A DNA stretch of 64,000 nt from an uncultured bacterium. Lineage in GTDB: Bacteria; Verrucomicrobiota; Verrucomicrobiia; Verrucomicrobiales; DEV007. Positions within the stretch are counted from its first letter, which is position 1; every line of letters begins with the position of its first letter. The DNA lies in contig CAXBMO010000009.1 in NCBI GenBank assembly GCA_963977015.1, forward strand, positions 96,001 to 160,000, given 5' to 3'. The notes under the pieces are model-generated. The model was not told the DNA's origin. It was given only the letters and a program-made list of their open reading frames with translations, and did not search any database. A program made the translations under genes and the position numbers. Positions 19,684 through 29,521 of this stretch are shown here, in pieces.

Positions 19684-20505
19684 TCAGCTTTCTTCGGAGT
19701 CGTCTTCGCCTTTGCCCAAGTTGACCAAATAACCGCCGCTTTTTTCATCGGCTTTCAGACGAAGTAGTCCGCGATCTTCGGCCTCTTCCAACAACGCGTT
19801 GAAGGATCGGAATCCGTGATAGCGCTCGTTGAACCCGGGTTTGCGACGCTTGATGGCCTGCTTCACCATCGAGCCCCAGATTCGATCTTCGGTCCCCCGC
19901 TCCTCCAACATGGTCTCAACGGTTTCGGCCACCAAATTCACAGCCTTGTCCATCTTCTCAGTCCGTTCCTGTCCCCCGTTCTTTGCGTTCTTCCGTTGAG
20001 CCGTTTTTGTCGATTTGCGCGGCTTCTCTTCGCGAACCAGGTCATCGTAAAAGATAAATTGGTCACAACTGCTCACCAAAAGCTCGGACGTGGAGTGCTT
20101 TACGCCAACCCCAATCACCAACTTATTGTTCTCCCGGAGTTTCCCTACCAAGGGAGAAAAATCAGAATCGCCACTGACGACGACAAACGCATCGACGTGC
20201 GATTTGGTGTAACAAAGATCCAGAGCATCGACCACCATGCGGATATCCGCCGAGTTCTTTCCACTCTGGCTGACGTGCGGAATGTCGATGAGCTCAAACG
20301 CGGCTTCGTGCATCCCGCGTTTGTAGGACTGGTAGCGCGTCCAATCACAGTAGGCTTTCTTGACGACGATATTGCCTTTGACCAGAAGACGCTCAAGCAC
20401 CTTGTCGATGCTGAATTGCGCATATTTGGCTTCACGAACCCCGATTGCGATGTTCTCGAAATCGCAAAAAATGGCCATATTGGATAGTCCTGACTGGTCT
20501 GACAT
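19684..20505 (-). CDS. NYN (LabA/DUF88) domain protein with C-terminal OST-HTH/LOTUS domain
   Basis: FCDFEN, GKNSADIRMVVDA, SGDSDFSPL, PGFNERYHGFRSFNALLE. Confidence 0.92.
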   Translation of the reverse strand: MSDQSGLSNMAIFCDFENIAIGVREAKYAQFSIDKVLERLLVKGNIVVKKAYCDWTRYQSYKRGMHEAAFELIDIPHVSQSGKNSADIRMVVDALDLCYTKSHVDAFVVVSGDSDFSPLVGKLRENNKLVIGVGVKHSTSELLVSSCDQFIFYDDLVREEKPRKSTKTAQRKNAKNGGQERTEKMDKAVNLVAETVETMLEERGTEDRIWGSMVKQAIKRRKPGFNERYHGFRSFNALLEEAEDRGLLRLKADEKSGGYLVNLGKGEDDSEES

Positions 20506-20508
20506 TGG

Positions 20509-20913
20509 TTATTTTCCGATTACAAAGATGAGCAAAAGAGTGACCGTCGAATTGAGGATCAGCGCGACCAGGGTCAAGGACGTCCAAGATTCCCAAAAGC
20601 GGCGATGTTCCGCAAACCCGAATTCCAGGGCGCTTGCGGATTTGGTGGCTAAAAACTGGCTACAGGCCTCGCCAAAGGACCAGAGCTTCAAGGTGGGATG
20701 CACCGCCATCAAGGCATTGATGATGAAGGTGCCTGCAATGGTGAAACGCATTGCCGCGCCCAATTGAGATTCAGCGCTGGTGATGCCCTGATACGTCAGG
20801 ATTCCCGCCGAGACCAGCATCGTCAAGACGATCGCAAATCCCATGAACGCCAGGAACGTGATCCAGGGCCGGATTTGCCGGACCGCTTCGAGCATGTAGG
20901 CGGTCGACTTCAT
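20509..20913 (-). CDS. Small three-TM membrane protein (DUF5362-like)
   Basis: RPWITFLAFMGF...RRFW pattern; ATGA overlap with the upstream gene. Confidence 0.6.
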   Translation of the reverse strand: MKSTAYMLEAVRQIRPWITFLAFMGFAIVLTMLVSAGILTYQGITSAESQLGAAMRFTIAGTFIINALMAVHPTLKLWSFGEACSQFLATKSASALEFGFAEHRRFWESWTSLTLVALILNSTVTLLLIFVIGK

Positions 20914-21473
20914 TTGACGAGAAAGAAGCTGAAGATTCCGCCGATCACGAGAACCGCGGTAAAGGAGCCACCAATCAGCACCCAGATCCCGCGCAGATAG
21001 CCCACGACGAATTCCAGATCGGTCTCATTCTGGCTGGATTCGAGGGAATCGATCGACTTCATGAATCGCCCCATGCGAAAGCCAATGGCGCACAAAATGG
21101 TGAAGGCGATGGCACATGCGGCAAGCTGGACCGCCAATACAAACACGCCAGCGCTCAAGGTTGCGGCTTCTGCGCTGGGACCACCGGCATCGGATCGAAG
21201 GTTTAGAACCAGCCATGTCGCGCCAAGCGCGAGAAAAAGAAATGCGGCGAAAAACTGGATGATGCGGGCAAACGAAAGCGACTTCTGGGTCCGAACCAAT
21301 TCATCAATCAAATCCTCGGGAACACCAGTTGCCGTACTGCTTAGTTGAACCTGCCTCGGTTCGATGCGCCCCTCACTCCCGGCCTCTTCCGTTGTCTGGC
21401 TGGTGGGGTGACGCTCCTTGCGGCGACGAGCCACTTTTTTCTTAACCTGGACGCGTCCTTTCCGAGCAGCCAT
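20910..21473 (-). CDS. Small membrane protein, probable paralog of the neighbour
   Basis: Basic N-terminus, three TM segments, similar layout to 20509-20913. Confidence 0.6.
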   Translation of the reverse strand: MAARKGRVQVKKKVARRRKERHPTSQTTEEAGSEGRIEPRQVQLSSTATGVPEDLIDELVRTQKSLSFARIIQFFAAFLFLALGATWLVLNLRSDAGGPSAEAATLSAGVFVLAVQLAACAIAFTILCAIGFRMGRFMKSIDSLESSQNETDLEFVVGYLRGIWVLIGGSFTAVLVIGGIFSFFLVK

Positions 21474-21478
21474 CCCCT

Positions 21479-22186
21479 CTATTCGCTGAAGTAAAGAATG
21501 CGACCGCAGTTTTCACAGTTGGCGACCTCTTTCTCGGCTTTCGCCTTGATCACCGTCGAGCTTGTGACCCTTAGATTACAGCCTTTGCACTTCCCGTTCT
21601 CCAACGGGACCAATGCGGCATCCCCCTTTTTGACGAGCAGTCGCTCATAAAGACTGAAGAGGAAATCGTCCTCGACCTTTCCGGCAAAGTTCCGCTTTTC
21701 CTCTTCCAGCGCAGCGACGGCCGCTTCGTCATTCTTCTTCCGTTCGGTGAGCTGGGAGACTTCATGATTCACCATCTCCTGCGTCTTGGCCAAGTTCGCT
21801 TCGGCCTCCTCAAGTTTTGCCCGAATTTCCTCGCCACTCTCCATCAACTCCAACTCTTGATCCTCCAACTTCTTGATTTCGTTCTGGTAGCGCTCCACCT
21901 CGAACCCGAGCGCCCGAAACTCCTCGTTTTTCTTCGTCTCGTATTGCTGGTGGCGCAGCTTCCGAATCGTTTCCTGTCTCGTCTCGACATCCAACTCCAA
22001 ATGCTTCGTCGCCACCTCGACCTTCTTCCTTTCCGCCTTTACTTTATCGAGGGCTGCCAGATCCGCGTTAAGCCGTCCCCTCGCCTGCTCTGCCAATTTC
22101 GGGATATTCGCCAGTTCGCGTTTGAGAGAGAGAATTTTCTGATCGCGATCCTGAATCAGGAGAAGGGTTTGGATATCTGGCAGCAT
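21479..22186 (-). CDS. Coiled-coil C4 zinc-ribbon protein (DUF164/CT398-like)
   Basis: LL.IQDRD...; long coiled coil; CKGC...CENCGRILY. Confidence 0.92.
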   Translation of the reverse strand: MLPDIQTLLLIQDRDQKILSLKRELANIPKLAEQARGRLNADLAALDKVKAERKKVEVATKHLELDVETRQETIRKLRHQQYETKKNEEFRALGFEVERYQNEIKKLEDQELELMESGEEIRAKLEEAEANLAKTQEMVNHEVSQLTERKKNDEAAVAALEEEKRNFAGKVEDDFLFSLYERLLVKKGDAALVPLENGKCKGCNLRVTSSTVIKAKAEKEVANCENCGRILYFSE

Positions 22187-22270
22187 GAATTTATGAAGAC
22201 GACGGCAATCTTACCAAGTTCTCAGGCACTCGCAACGCAGCAGTGGAGAATTCATTCACCGGGAAATGCC

Positions 22271-22954
22271 TCATTCTTTCCGCTCCTTCGAAACCTTGCG
22301 GATATCGGCTTCCTTTCCGTAAATGATGGCCACATCCCCTGAATTCAGAACTTGGTCCGCATTCGGCGTTCCTCGAAATTTGCCTTTGGTATCGGTAACG
22401 CCCAAAACAATCACCCCATGGTCCGCAGGCCGGCTCTCGCGGAGGCTTCGCCCCTCCAAGGCGCTTCCCTGAAGGATGTCGACTTCACTGATACAATAGC
22501 CAGCTTCAACCTGAAGGAGCAGTTCATAGTCCAAGGCTCGAACCATACCAACCTGCTTCAAGGTGGCATGAATCAACCAATCCATCACCCGCTTGAGCAA
22601 TCGCAGCCTCAAAATCAGCAACAACGCCACGACACCGCCCAGAATGATTCCGATCTTAATGAGCGTCGGCTCCGTTCCCTTGGTTTCGACAAAGGTTACG
22701 ATCAACGTCGCAACCGCTGAAGTCAGCCCCACGTTTCCGGCAAGAATGAGATCCCTGATGATGCGGCGGCGAATCGGGTGATTCACAACCATCTCCGCTT
22801 CACTCGTCGTGAACCCAACCCCAAAAAAGGCGGAGTATGCCTGAAAGCTTGCGGTATCCCAACTCAGCCCAGTCAGCATCAGCGCATTGGATCCGAAACG
22901 GACCATAATGAGCGAAACGACAACAATAATAAGAAGAGCAATGAGTGAACCCAT
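22271..22954 (-). CDS. Membrane protein with TrkA-C (RCK_C) domain
   Basis: LTGLS...SFQAYSAFFGVGFTTSEAE.VVNHPIRRRI; C-terminal RCK_C pattern. Confidence 0.85.
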   Translation of the reverse strand: MGSLIALLIIVVVSLIMVRFGSNALMLTGLSWDTASFQAYSAFFGVGFTTSEAEMVVNHPIRRRIIRDLILAGNVGLTSAVATLIVTFVETKGTEPTLIKIGIILGGVVALLLILRLRLLKRVMDWLIHATLKQVGMVRALDYELLLQVEAGYCISEVDILQGSALEGRSLRESRPADHGVIVLGVTDTKGKFRGTPNADQVLNSGDVAIIYGKEADIRKVSKERKE

Positions 22955-23074
22955 TCCACATGATAGAGCGTTTCGTTTTGCCGAGAACAAAAAAATGGGT
23001 TGAAGAGTGGTCGGCTCGCATTAGCTTTCGCACCCGTTTGCGGTCTGCGTTCAGCAGATTTCTCCCATTAATGT

Positions 23075-23150
23075 GGGGCATTAGCTCAGTTGGTAGAGCG
23101 CCTGCATGGCATGCAGGAGGTCAGCGGTTCGAATCCGCTATGCTCCACCA
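23075..23150 (+). tRNA. tRNA-Ala (anticodon GGC)
   Basis: 76-nt GGGGCAT...TAGCTCAGTTGGTAGAGC...CCTGCA-T-GGC-A-TGCAGG...GGTTCGAATCC...TGCTCCACCA cloverleaf with encoded CCA. Confidence 0.98.
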
Positions 23151-23258
23151 TTTTTTTCTTTGGCATTTTTCTCTTTGGGACAGGCAGCCCCATCAATATC
23201 ACTTCACTCAGGGAGGGAAGTTGACTTCGGCCAAACAGCTCGTTTTCGAAGTGCCGCC

Positions 23259-24026
23259 CTACTCCTCGATCGCGGAAAGGATCTTATCGACAAAGCCTCT
23301 GATCTTTCTCCGCCTATTCTCACTTACATTGTCGAGATCGGCTTTTGCGCCATTTTCAGCAATCACCGGTGTATCAATGTCTTCGTAGATGACGTTTTTG
23401 AGTTCCCCTCGCGACTTGGAATTGGTCATCTTCAGGATGGAATTGCCGTTGCGGAAGCCTGAATTCGAAATCGATACCCGGTAATCCAGATTTGGGCCGG
23501 TTCCCGTGGTTCTGGCAAACCGGCCAAAATTCTGGCCGTAGCACTCATCAATCACCAAATTGGTCACCGCATTGATTTGAACCACCTTGTCCGCCGCCTT
23601 CAAAAACGAGCACCGTGAGATGATCACGTTTCCTCCACTCCCGCTTTTGATCGTCAAGGCATCTTCGCCGACATCGCGAACCTGGATATTCGTCAATCGA
23701 GTGGTTTTGCCATTTGCCACGATGATGTGAACTCCATCAGCAGAAGGGGTGTCGAGGATGATATTGCTCAAGGTCGCGCCCGGCTCCAGGATGAACATGG
23801 GTTTCTGGGATTCCTTTTGAGACCCATCTCCCATGAGTTTCCGATCCGCCACATAACGAGTGAATTTCCCGCTGGAAAGTCGCCCGTCGATGGAATCCCC
23901 TGACTTGACGACGATCGGGCTGGTGATTTTGATCGTCTTTCCATACTGCTTAAGAGCAGGGGTGAACAAATCCTGGCCAAGAGCTGGAGTAACGAGCAGG
24001 ACAAGGCCTAAAAAGTAGCGGGTCAT
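23259..24026 (-). CDS. Secreted pectate lyase family PL3-like protein
   Basis: Signal peptide; GDGSQKESQKPMFILEPGATLSN, ADGVH, DVGEDALT, ADKVVQIN, FGR..R. Confidence 0.85.
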   Translation of the reverse strand: MTRYFLGLVLLVTPALGQDLFTPALKQYGKTIKITSPIVVKSGDSIDGRLSSGKFTRYVADRKLMGDGSQKESQKPMFILEPGATLSNIILDTPSADGVHIIVANGKTTRLTNIQVRDVGEDALTIKSGSGGNVIISRCSFLKAADKVVQINAVTNLVIDECYGQNFGRFARTTGTGPNLDYRVSISNSGFRNGNSILKMTNSKSRGELKNVIYEDIDTPVIAENGAKADLDNVSENRRRKIRGFVDKILSAIEE

Positions 24027-24157
24027 CGGTTTGGGAGGAACGTTTGGGTTTGTGTGGAGCTTTGACGTAAATCAATTCGATCAAATCAAGTGAAAAGGTT
24101 TTTTTTGGCAATGGGATTCTCAATGCACCCGGTCGGTTTTGTAGTAAACTCCCGATT

Positions 24158-24640
24158 ATGGTCGATCCTTTGCTTCAAGAACTGCAACGCGACAGTCGAG
24201 CCAGTTCCGGCTCGCTCGCTAAGATGTTAAATCGGGAAGAGGCTGCGGTGGAAGCCCAAATTAAGGAATGGGAAAAGGATGGCACGATTTTGGGGTATCA
24301 AGCGGTCGTCGATCCTGACCGTGCCGGCGCCACCCACGTTACCGCTTTGATCGAGATCAAACTGACTCCGGAACGAGATGGCGGATTTGATCGCATTGCA
24401 CGCCGAATCGCAAAATTCGACCGAGTGAGCAGCTGTTTTTTGATGAGTGGAGGCTATGACCTGGCGGTCACGGTGGAAGCGGAGAACCTGCGTGATGTCG
24501 CGCTCTTCATCTCAGAGAAACTCAGCACGCTGGACGGAGTCCTTTCCACAGCGACCCATTTCCAGCTGAAAGTTTACAAGCAAAACGGGTTCCAAATCGA
24601 GACCGAGCTGGAAACCCAGCGCCTCGCCGTCGCCCCCTAA
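24158..24640 (+). CDS. Lrp/AsnC family transcriptional regulator
   Basis: N-terminal HTH, GTILGY, LMSGGYDL, STATHF.LK.YK. Confidence 0.9.
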   Translation: MVDPLLQELQRDSRASSGSLAKMLNREEAAVEAQIKEWEKDGTILGYQAVVDPDRAGATHVTALIEIKLTPERDGGFDRIARRIAKFDRVSSCFLMSGGYDLAVTVEAENLRDVALFISEKLSTLDGVLSTATHFQLKVYKQNGFQIETELETQRLAVAP

Positions 24641-24817
24641 CGACATCCCTAAAACCGCCAGCCCGTCCCTCGTTCCGGAACGCTTGCTTCCCGGTTTTTC
24701 GCCTCAATCACTCCTTGAATGATGCCTCGATGGTCCTGCCTCGGTAAAAATTCTGGTTCCTCGTTGATCGAAACTTAGGACTCTGTAGGGTCCCTAACGA
24801 ACCCGTTTCACGAGCGT

Positions 24818-25792
24818 ATGAAAGTATACTTTTGGGGAACTCGCGGCTCGCTGCCAACTTCCCACGCAGCTCATGAAATTCGCGACAAAGTAAGAGCGGC
24901 ATTGCTTGCCGCAAGAGGACGCAATTTGGAATCGGATGACGATCTCGACCGCTTTATTGACGAATTGCCCTTCGCTGTAGCTGGAGACTACGGAGGCAAC
25001 ACCACGTGTTACGAGATTCAAGACGACGACCTTTCCCAGGAATACGTCCTCTTTGATGCCGGTTCCGGAATTCACGAGTTCAGCAAGCGCTACATGGCGG
25101 CGGGCAAAGAGGGCGAAAAAGCGATCTTCCACATTTTCATCTCCCACGTTCATTGGGATCACGTTCAGGGGTTCCCCTTCTTTGCTCCCGCCTTCATCCC
25201 CGGCAACCGAATCGTTTTTCACGGCCATCATGCATCACTGCCTGATGTGTTGAGATATCAGATGGAACCTCCATTCTTTCCGATACCAATCGATGCGATG
25301 GAAGCCGATCTGGAATTCGACATTCGCCCGCCGGGAACCGCCTTTTCGGCAGCAGGCTTTGAAATTTCCACCATCGAGCAACAGCACCCGGGAATCGCCT
25401 ACGGCTACCGGTTTGAAAAAAACGGAAAAGCGATCGTTTTCTCAACGGATTCCGAGCATCAGGAGGGAACCAGCCAGGAGAATTATCCGTTTGTAGAGTT
25501 TTTTAAAGACGCGGATCTGGTGGCTTTCGACGCCCAATACAGCTACGCCGAAGCCTGCATCCTCAAAAAGGATTGGGGACATAGCAGCAATGTTGTCGGA
25601 GTCGACCTCTGCCAACGTGCGAGAGTGAAAAACCTTTGCATGGTCCACCATGATCCGGAAGCGACCGACGAGTGGCTCGACACCTTTCTCAAGGATTCGC
25701 TGACCTACCGAGACATCCAGAACCATGATGGGCCCGACCGGTTTCCGACCAAGATCTACATGGCTTCCGATTCTCTCTGCGTGGAGTTGTGA
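24818..25792 (+). CDS. MBL-fold metallo-hydrolase
   Basis: FWGTRGS.P, YGGNT.C, DAGSG, HVHWDH, GHS, HHDP. Confidence 0.92.
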   Translation: MKVYFWGTRGSLPTSHAAHEIRDKVRAALLAARGRNLESDDDLDRFIDELPFAVAGDYGGNTTCYEIQDDDLSQEYVLFDAGSGIHEFSKRYMAAGKEGEKAIFHIFISHVHWDHVQGFPFFAPAFIPGNRIVFHGHHASLPDVLRYQMEPPFFPIPIDAMEADLEFDIRPPGTAFSAAGFEISTIEQQHPGIAYGYRFEKNGKAIVFSTDSEHQEGTSQENYPFVEFFKDADLVAFDAQYSYAEACILKKDWGHSSNVVGVDLCQRARVKNLCMVHHDPEATDEWLDTFLKDSLTYRDIQNHDGPDRFPTKIYMASDSLCVEL

Positions 25793-25804
25793 GGACTTCC
25801 AAGT

Positions 25805-28213
25805 TTACTGAACGAACATGAACTGCTGGGTGTTCAGCAACGCCCAAACGAGCGCTTCATACGCAGAATCGCCGTTGGCTTCCACCTCGGCCATGGCAAG
25901 GCTCATTTCAGAATCCGTGGGCTGGCGTGTCAGCATCGCTTGAAAGATCATCCGGATTTTGTCCTCCGAGTTCCCTTCAGCATGAACACGGTTGCCAAAC
26001 ACCGCAAACTCATTGGTCAGCGCTTCCACAATGTTTCCATTGAGCAAATTCAAGGCTTGGGGAACCGAAGCGTATTGGGACGAATTTTCGATCACTTCAC
26101 GATCGGATTGTCCGAACTCCCGCAAGAAGTGCCCGCGAGGAGCCGGTGAAGTCAACTCCGATGCCCGCGCCATATTGGCAACCAGCTTGGTATACATGCT
26201 GTAGTCCGCTTTCTTGGCAGCAACCCACTTCTTCTGCATGTCGCGGGGCAAATCAGCTGGAGGCTTGGGGAACGTTGGCTTTGGCAGTTTTGTGAGAACC
26301 GCAGCACCACCCCCGGCCGCACCTTCCGCCATACTCATCTCCCCACCCATGCTGCTCATCGTCATTTCACTCATTCCGAGTGCAGCCAGGAGATTCTCAC
26401 CATCAACGGCCTGGTGGAGTTTCTTGAACCCAATGTCCGATACAATCTTGTTCAGTTCTCTTGACAGGATGCTGAGCTCGGACCGTTTTTCCTTGTAGAG
26501 TTCATTATTCTCTTCTTCGCGGGCCTTGTAGAGCTCTTTGCGAACTTCATCGATCTTGGGATTGATCGTGCTAACCGCCTCTCCAATTTCCTGGGTCATC
26601 GCCAAATACTCTTCAGGAGAAATGTCGGCGAGACTTGAATACATGAGTCGCAGCTTCTCGATACTGGAAAGCTGGGTCTTCAAGCGCGGGCTATAGCTAT
26701 CCGCTTCCGGAAGTGCCAAACCGACGATCGAATCCCACATTTGCTCTGCGGTCATCCGGCGAAGAATTGGCCCCTGGAAGTAGTAGGGAGCCCCCATGAC
26801 GATCTCTTCATTATTTGCAGTCCGCTGATAGGCCTTCGTGTTGTATAGAATTTTCAGATAGCCTCTGATGTCGTAATCCAGTTCCCGCATCAACTGTTCC
26901 AAATACTCCATGAGCGGCTCATTGGATACCTTCGTCAGGTCCGTCAACTCATCGACAGGCTCAAAAACACCCAATCCGAAAACCTTCTTCCAAAGCCGAT
27001 TGGCGATCACCTTGGTAAAGGTGGGATTGTCCTCTGCCGTCAACCACTCGGCGTAGGCATCGATCGTTTCCCCTGAAACATTTTCGATATCGATATCATA
27101 CCCAAACATCGTATCGGCGGAGACAACATCATGGGGTTTTGCATCCGTGTATTGATAGTCGTGAGGCAGCTTCAACACGGCGTTGTCTTTGACTGAAGTA
27201 GTCGTGTATCGCACGCGTTGATAAAGGAGCCTCTCGGCATCGCGAATTGCCTGGTATTCCTTCTCAACGCTTTCCGTTGCCTTCATCCCGATTTTGGCGG
27301 CTTTTTTGAACTGCTTGTCCGTCATTTCGTATCGGTCGAGATACTTCTGGTAATTCTTGCCCTTCACATAGCGATCCACATCTCTCTCGCGGTAAAACAC
27401 CGGAAATTTGGGTGCCCACTCCGAATTGACGTGTTTGGCAACGGCCTTGCGGAAGGTTTCATTGCGCTTCTCGCGAATGTAGGAACTCATCGCCGACCGA
27501 TTTTCCACGCCGTAGCCGTTTGCGCTCATTCCATAGCTGAACGCGGCCATTTTGTAGTAATCCATCTGCGTCCACTTATCGAACGGATGGTTGTGGCACT
27601 GGGCGCACTCCAGTCGAGTCCCCAGGAAAATTCGAACCGTATTCGACATGTTGTCGAGCGGCATTCCGCGATCACGCTGGTAGTAGCCCGCAGCTCCATT
27701 CTCCCAAATGTGACCTCGCCCGCGAACCAACTCGTAGACGAACTTGTCATAAGGCATGTTTTCCCGCAACGCCTGCTTGATCCACAGTTGGTAAGCCGCC
27801 TCAGCCTGGGCACCGCTGTTGGTCAGGTTGCGATTCACCCGCAGAACGTCGGCCCAAAAATTGTAATTGTGAGCGACATACCCCTCGCCGCTCAGCAACT
27901 GCTCAATCAAACGCTCACGCTTGTTGTCGTAGTTTTCGGCATGAAAACTCTCAGCTTCCTCAATGGTTGGAATTCGACCGATGATGTCGAGATAAGCGCG
28001 TCGAACAAATGCGGCATCATCAACCGCTGCGTTCGGCTCGATCTTCTGCTCCTTCAACTTGGACTCAACCAGGTAGTCAATTCGCTGCTCGGGCGTCAAT
28101 CCCTCCAATTGGCGGGCACTCATGGCGCCGGAGGTGTTGGAGACGTTTGGACCTGCGATGATTGAGCCGACCGAAAGCAGTGCCGAGAAAAACAAGAAGA
28201 ATGAGGATCTCAT
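25805..28213 (-). CDS. DUF1549/DUF1553 (PSCyt2/PSD1) protein
   Basis: FVRRAYLDIIGRIPT, FLGTRLECAQCHNHPFDKWTQ, ANRLWK..FG.G, RRMTAEQ.WDS, WALLN..F. Confidence 0.93.
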   Translation of the reverse strand: MRSSFFLFFSALLSVGSIIAGPNVSNTSGAMSARQLEGLTPEQRIDYLVESKLKEQKIEPNAAVDDAAFVRRAYLDIIGRIPTIEEAESFHAENYDNKRERLIEQLLSGEGYVAHNYNFWADVLRVNRNLTNSGAQAEAAYQLWIKQALRENMPYDKFVYELVRGRGHIWENGAAGYYQRDRGMPLDNMSNTVRIFLGTRLECAQCHNHPFDKWTQMDYYKMAAFSYGMSANGYGVENRSAMSSYIREKRNETFRKAVAKHVNSEWAPKFPVFYRERDVDRYVKGKNYQKYLDRYEMTDKQFKKAAKIGMKATESVEKEYQAIRDAERLLYQRVRYTTTSVKDNAVLKLPHDYQYTDAKPHDVVSADTMFGYDIDIENVSGETIDAYAEWLTAEDNPTFTKVIANRLWKKVFGLGVFEPVDELTDLTKVSNEPLMEYLEQLMRELDYDIRGYLKILYNTKAYQRTANNEEIVMGAPYYFQGPILRRMTAEQMWDSIVGLALPEADSYSPRLKTQLSSIEKLRLMYSSLADISPEEYLAMTQEIGEAVSTINPKIDEVRKELYKAREEENNELYKEKRSELSILSRELNKIVSDIGFKKLHQAVDGENLLAALGMSEMTMSSMGGEMSMAEGAAGGGAAVLTKLPKPTFPKPPADLPRDMQKKWVAAKKADYSMYTKLVANMARASELTSPAPRGHFLREFGQSDREVIENSSQYASVPQALNLLNGNIVEALTNEFAVFGNRVHAEGNSEDKIRMIFQAMLTRQPTDSEMSLAMAEVEANGDSAYEALVWALLNTQQFMFVQ

Positions 28214-28260
28214 AAAAGAAAAGGGCTTGGTTCGCTGCTTAAAGCACCGAACCAAGCCCT
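28214..28260 (-). terminator. Intrinsic terminator after fbaA
   Basis: 13-bp stem AGGGCTTGGTTCG (28222-28234) / CGAACCAAGCCCT (28248-28260), followed on the minus strand by TTTCTTTT. Confidence 0.75.
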
Positions 28261-28290
28261 GAAATCTATCAAGAGAACTCGAGGAGAACT

Positions 28291-29325
28291 CTAAGCCTGA
28301 CCGAAAATACTCTTTCCAGTCGAGAGCAGGTCGTCACAGGCAACTCCAATTCGGTTTGCCATGCTCTCTTCTCCCTTCTTGAGATAGGCGCGAGGATCAT
28401 AGGCCTTCTTGTTGCCGACTTCGCCGTCGATCTTCAAGACGCCTTCGATGTTCTCGCACATGTGGCTCGCGATTGGTCGGGTAAACGCATACTGGGTATC
28501 CGTATCCACATTCATCTTCACCACTCCATAGTCGAGGGTCTCGCGAATTTCCTCCAATGAACTTCCGGATCCACCGTGGAAAACCAGGTCAAACTCCGCC
28601 TCTTTCCCATACTTGGACATGACGACATCCTGACCTTGCTTCAGAATCTCCGGCTTCAACTTTACGGCGCCGGGCTTGTAAGAACCGTGAACGTTCCCGA
28701 AAGTCGCAGCAAACGTGAAGCGACCAAGCGAATGAAGTGATTCGTAAACAGCGAGCATGTCTTCCGGAGTCGTGTAAAGCTTCTCGGCAGGCATGTCCTC
28801 CGTGCCAGCGGCACCGTCTTCTTCACCGCCAACAACTCCAGCTTCCACTTCGAGGATGATCTCCGCTTCGGCACAGATTTCCAAGTACTCCTTTGAAATC
28901 GCCATGTTCTCTTCCAAGGGAAGAATGGACGCATCGAGCATGTGGTTCTGAAAGAGGTTGTTCTTCCCTTCTTTCCGGCGCGCGATCGTTGCGTCGATCA
29001 ACGGCTTCAAGAACTTCGGCGCCATCTCGGGCTGACAGTGATCGGTATTCAACGCGATGAAGACATCATATTGCTCAGCCAGGGCGTGAGCGGCTTCCGC
29101 GAGAACAATCGTTCCGAGCGTTGCGTTCTTGTGATTCAGTCCCGAGATAAATTGACCAGCGCCGGTTGAGAACTGGATGATTCCGTCAGACTTTTTATCA
29201 GCGAACCCTTTCAACGCAGCATTGAGAGTTGGAATGCTCGAGCAGTTGATCGCTGGATAGGCATAGCCACCCTGCTGAGCGGCATCTAGCATATCTGCGA
29301 ATTGTTTTGGTGTGGCGATAGGCAT
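28291..29325 (-). CDS. fbaA: Class II fructose-bisphosphate aldolase
   Basis: YPAIN, TDHC, E.GVVGGEEDG, FGNVHG.YKPG.VKL.P, VFHGGSGS, KMNVDTDTQ. Confidence 0.97.
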   Translation of the reverse strand: MPIATPKQFADMLDAAQQGGYAYPAINCSSIPTLNAALKGFADKKSDGIIQFSTGAGQFISGLNHKNATLGTIVLAEAAHALAEQYDVFIALNTDHCQPEMAPKFLKPLIDATIARRKEGKNNLFQNHMLDASILPLEENMAISKEYLEICAEAEIILEVEAGVVGGEEDGAAGTEDMPAEKLYTTPEDMLAVYESLHSLGRFTFAATFGNVHGSYKPGAVKLKPEILKQGQDVVMSKYGKEAEFDLVFHGGSGSSLEEIRETLDYGVVKMNVDTDTQYAFTRPIASHMCENIEGVLKIDGEVGNKKAYDPRAYLKKGEESMANRIGVACDDLLSTGKSIFGQA

Positions 29326-29521
29326 ATCGCGGCGAGTTTAATCCGGTTTCGGGGAGCGTCAAGCGAGGGCTTCGGGATGCTCAGAATCCTAAGCGGGCAG
29401 GCAATCAATGCATCCTGACAATGAGCTTTCAGTAATCTCAAACAATAAGGTTTTTACAATATTTGACTTGAAAGAATTATTAGTTAGAATTAACTATCCT
29501 ACACCGCTAACCAATACCCCG

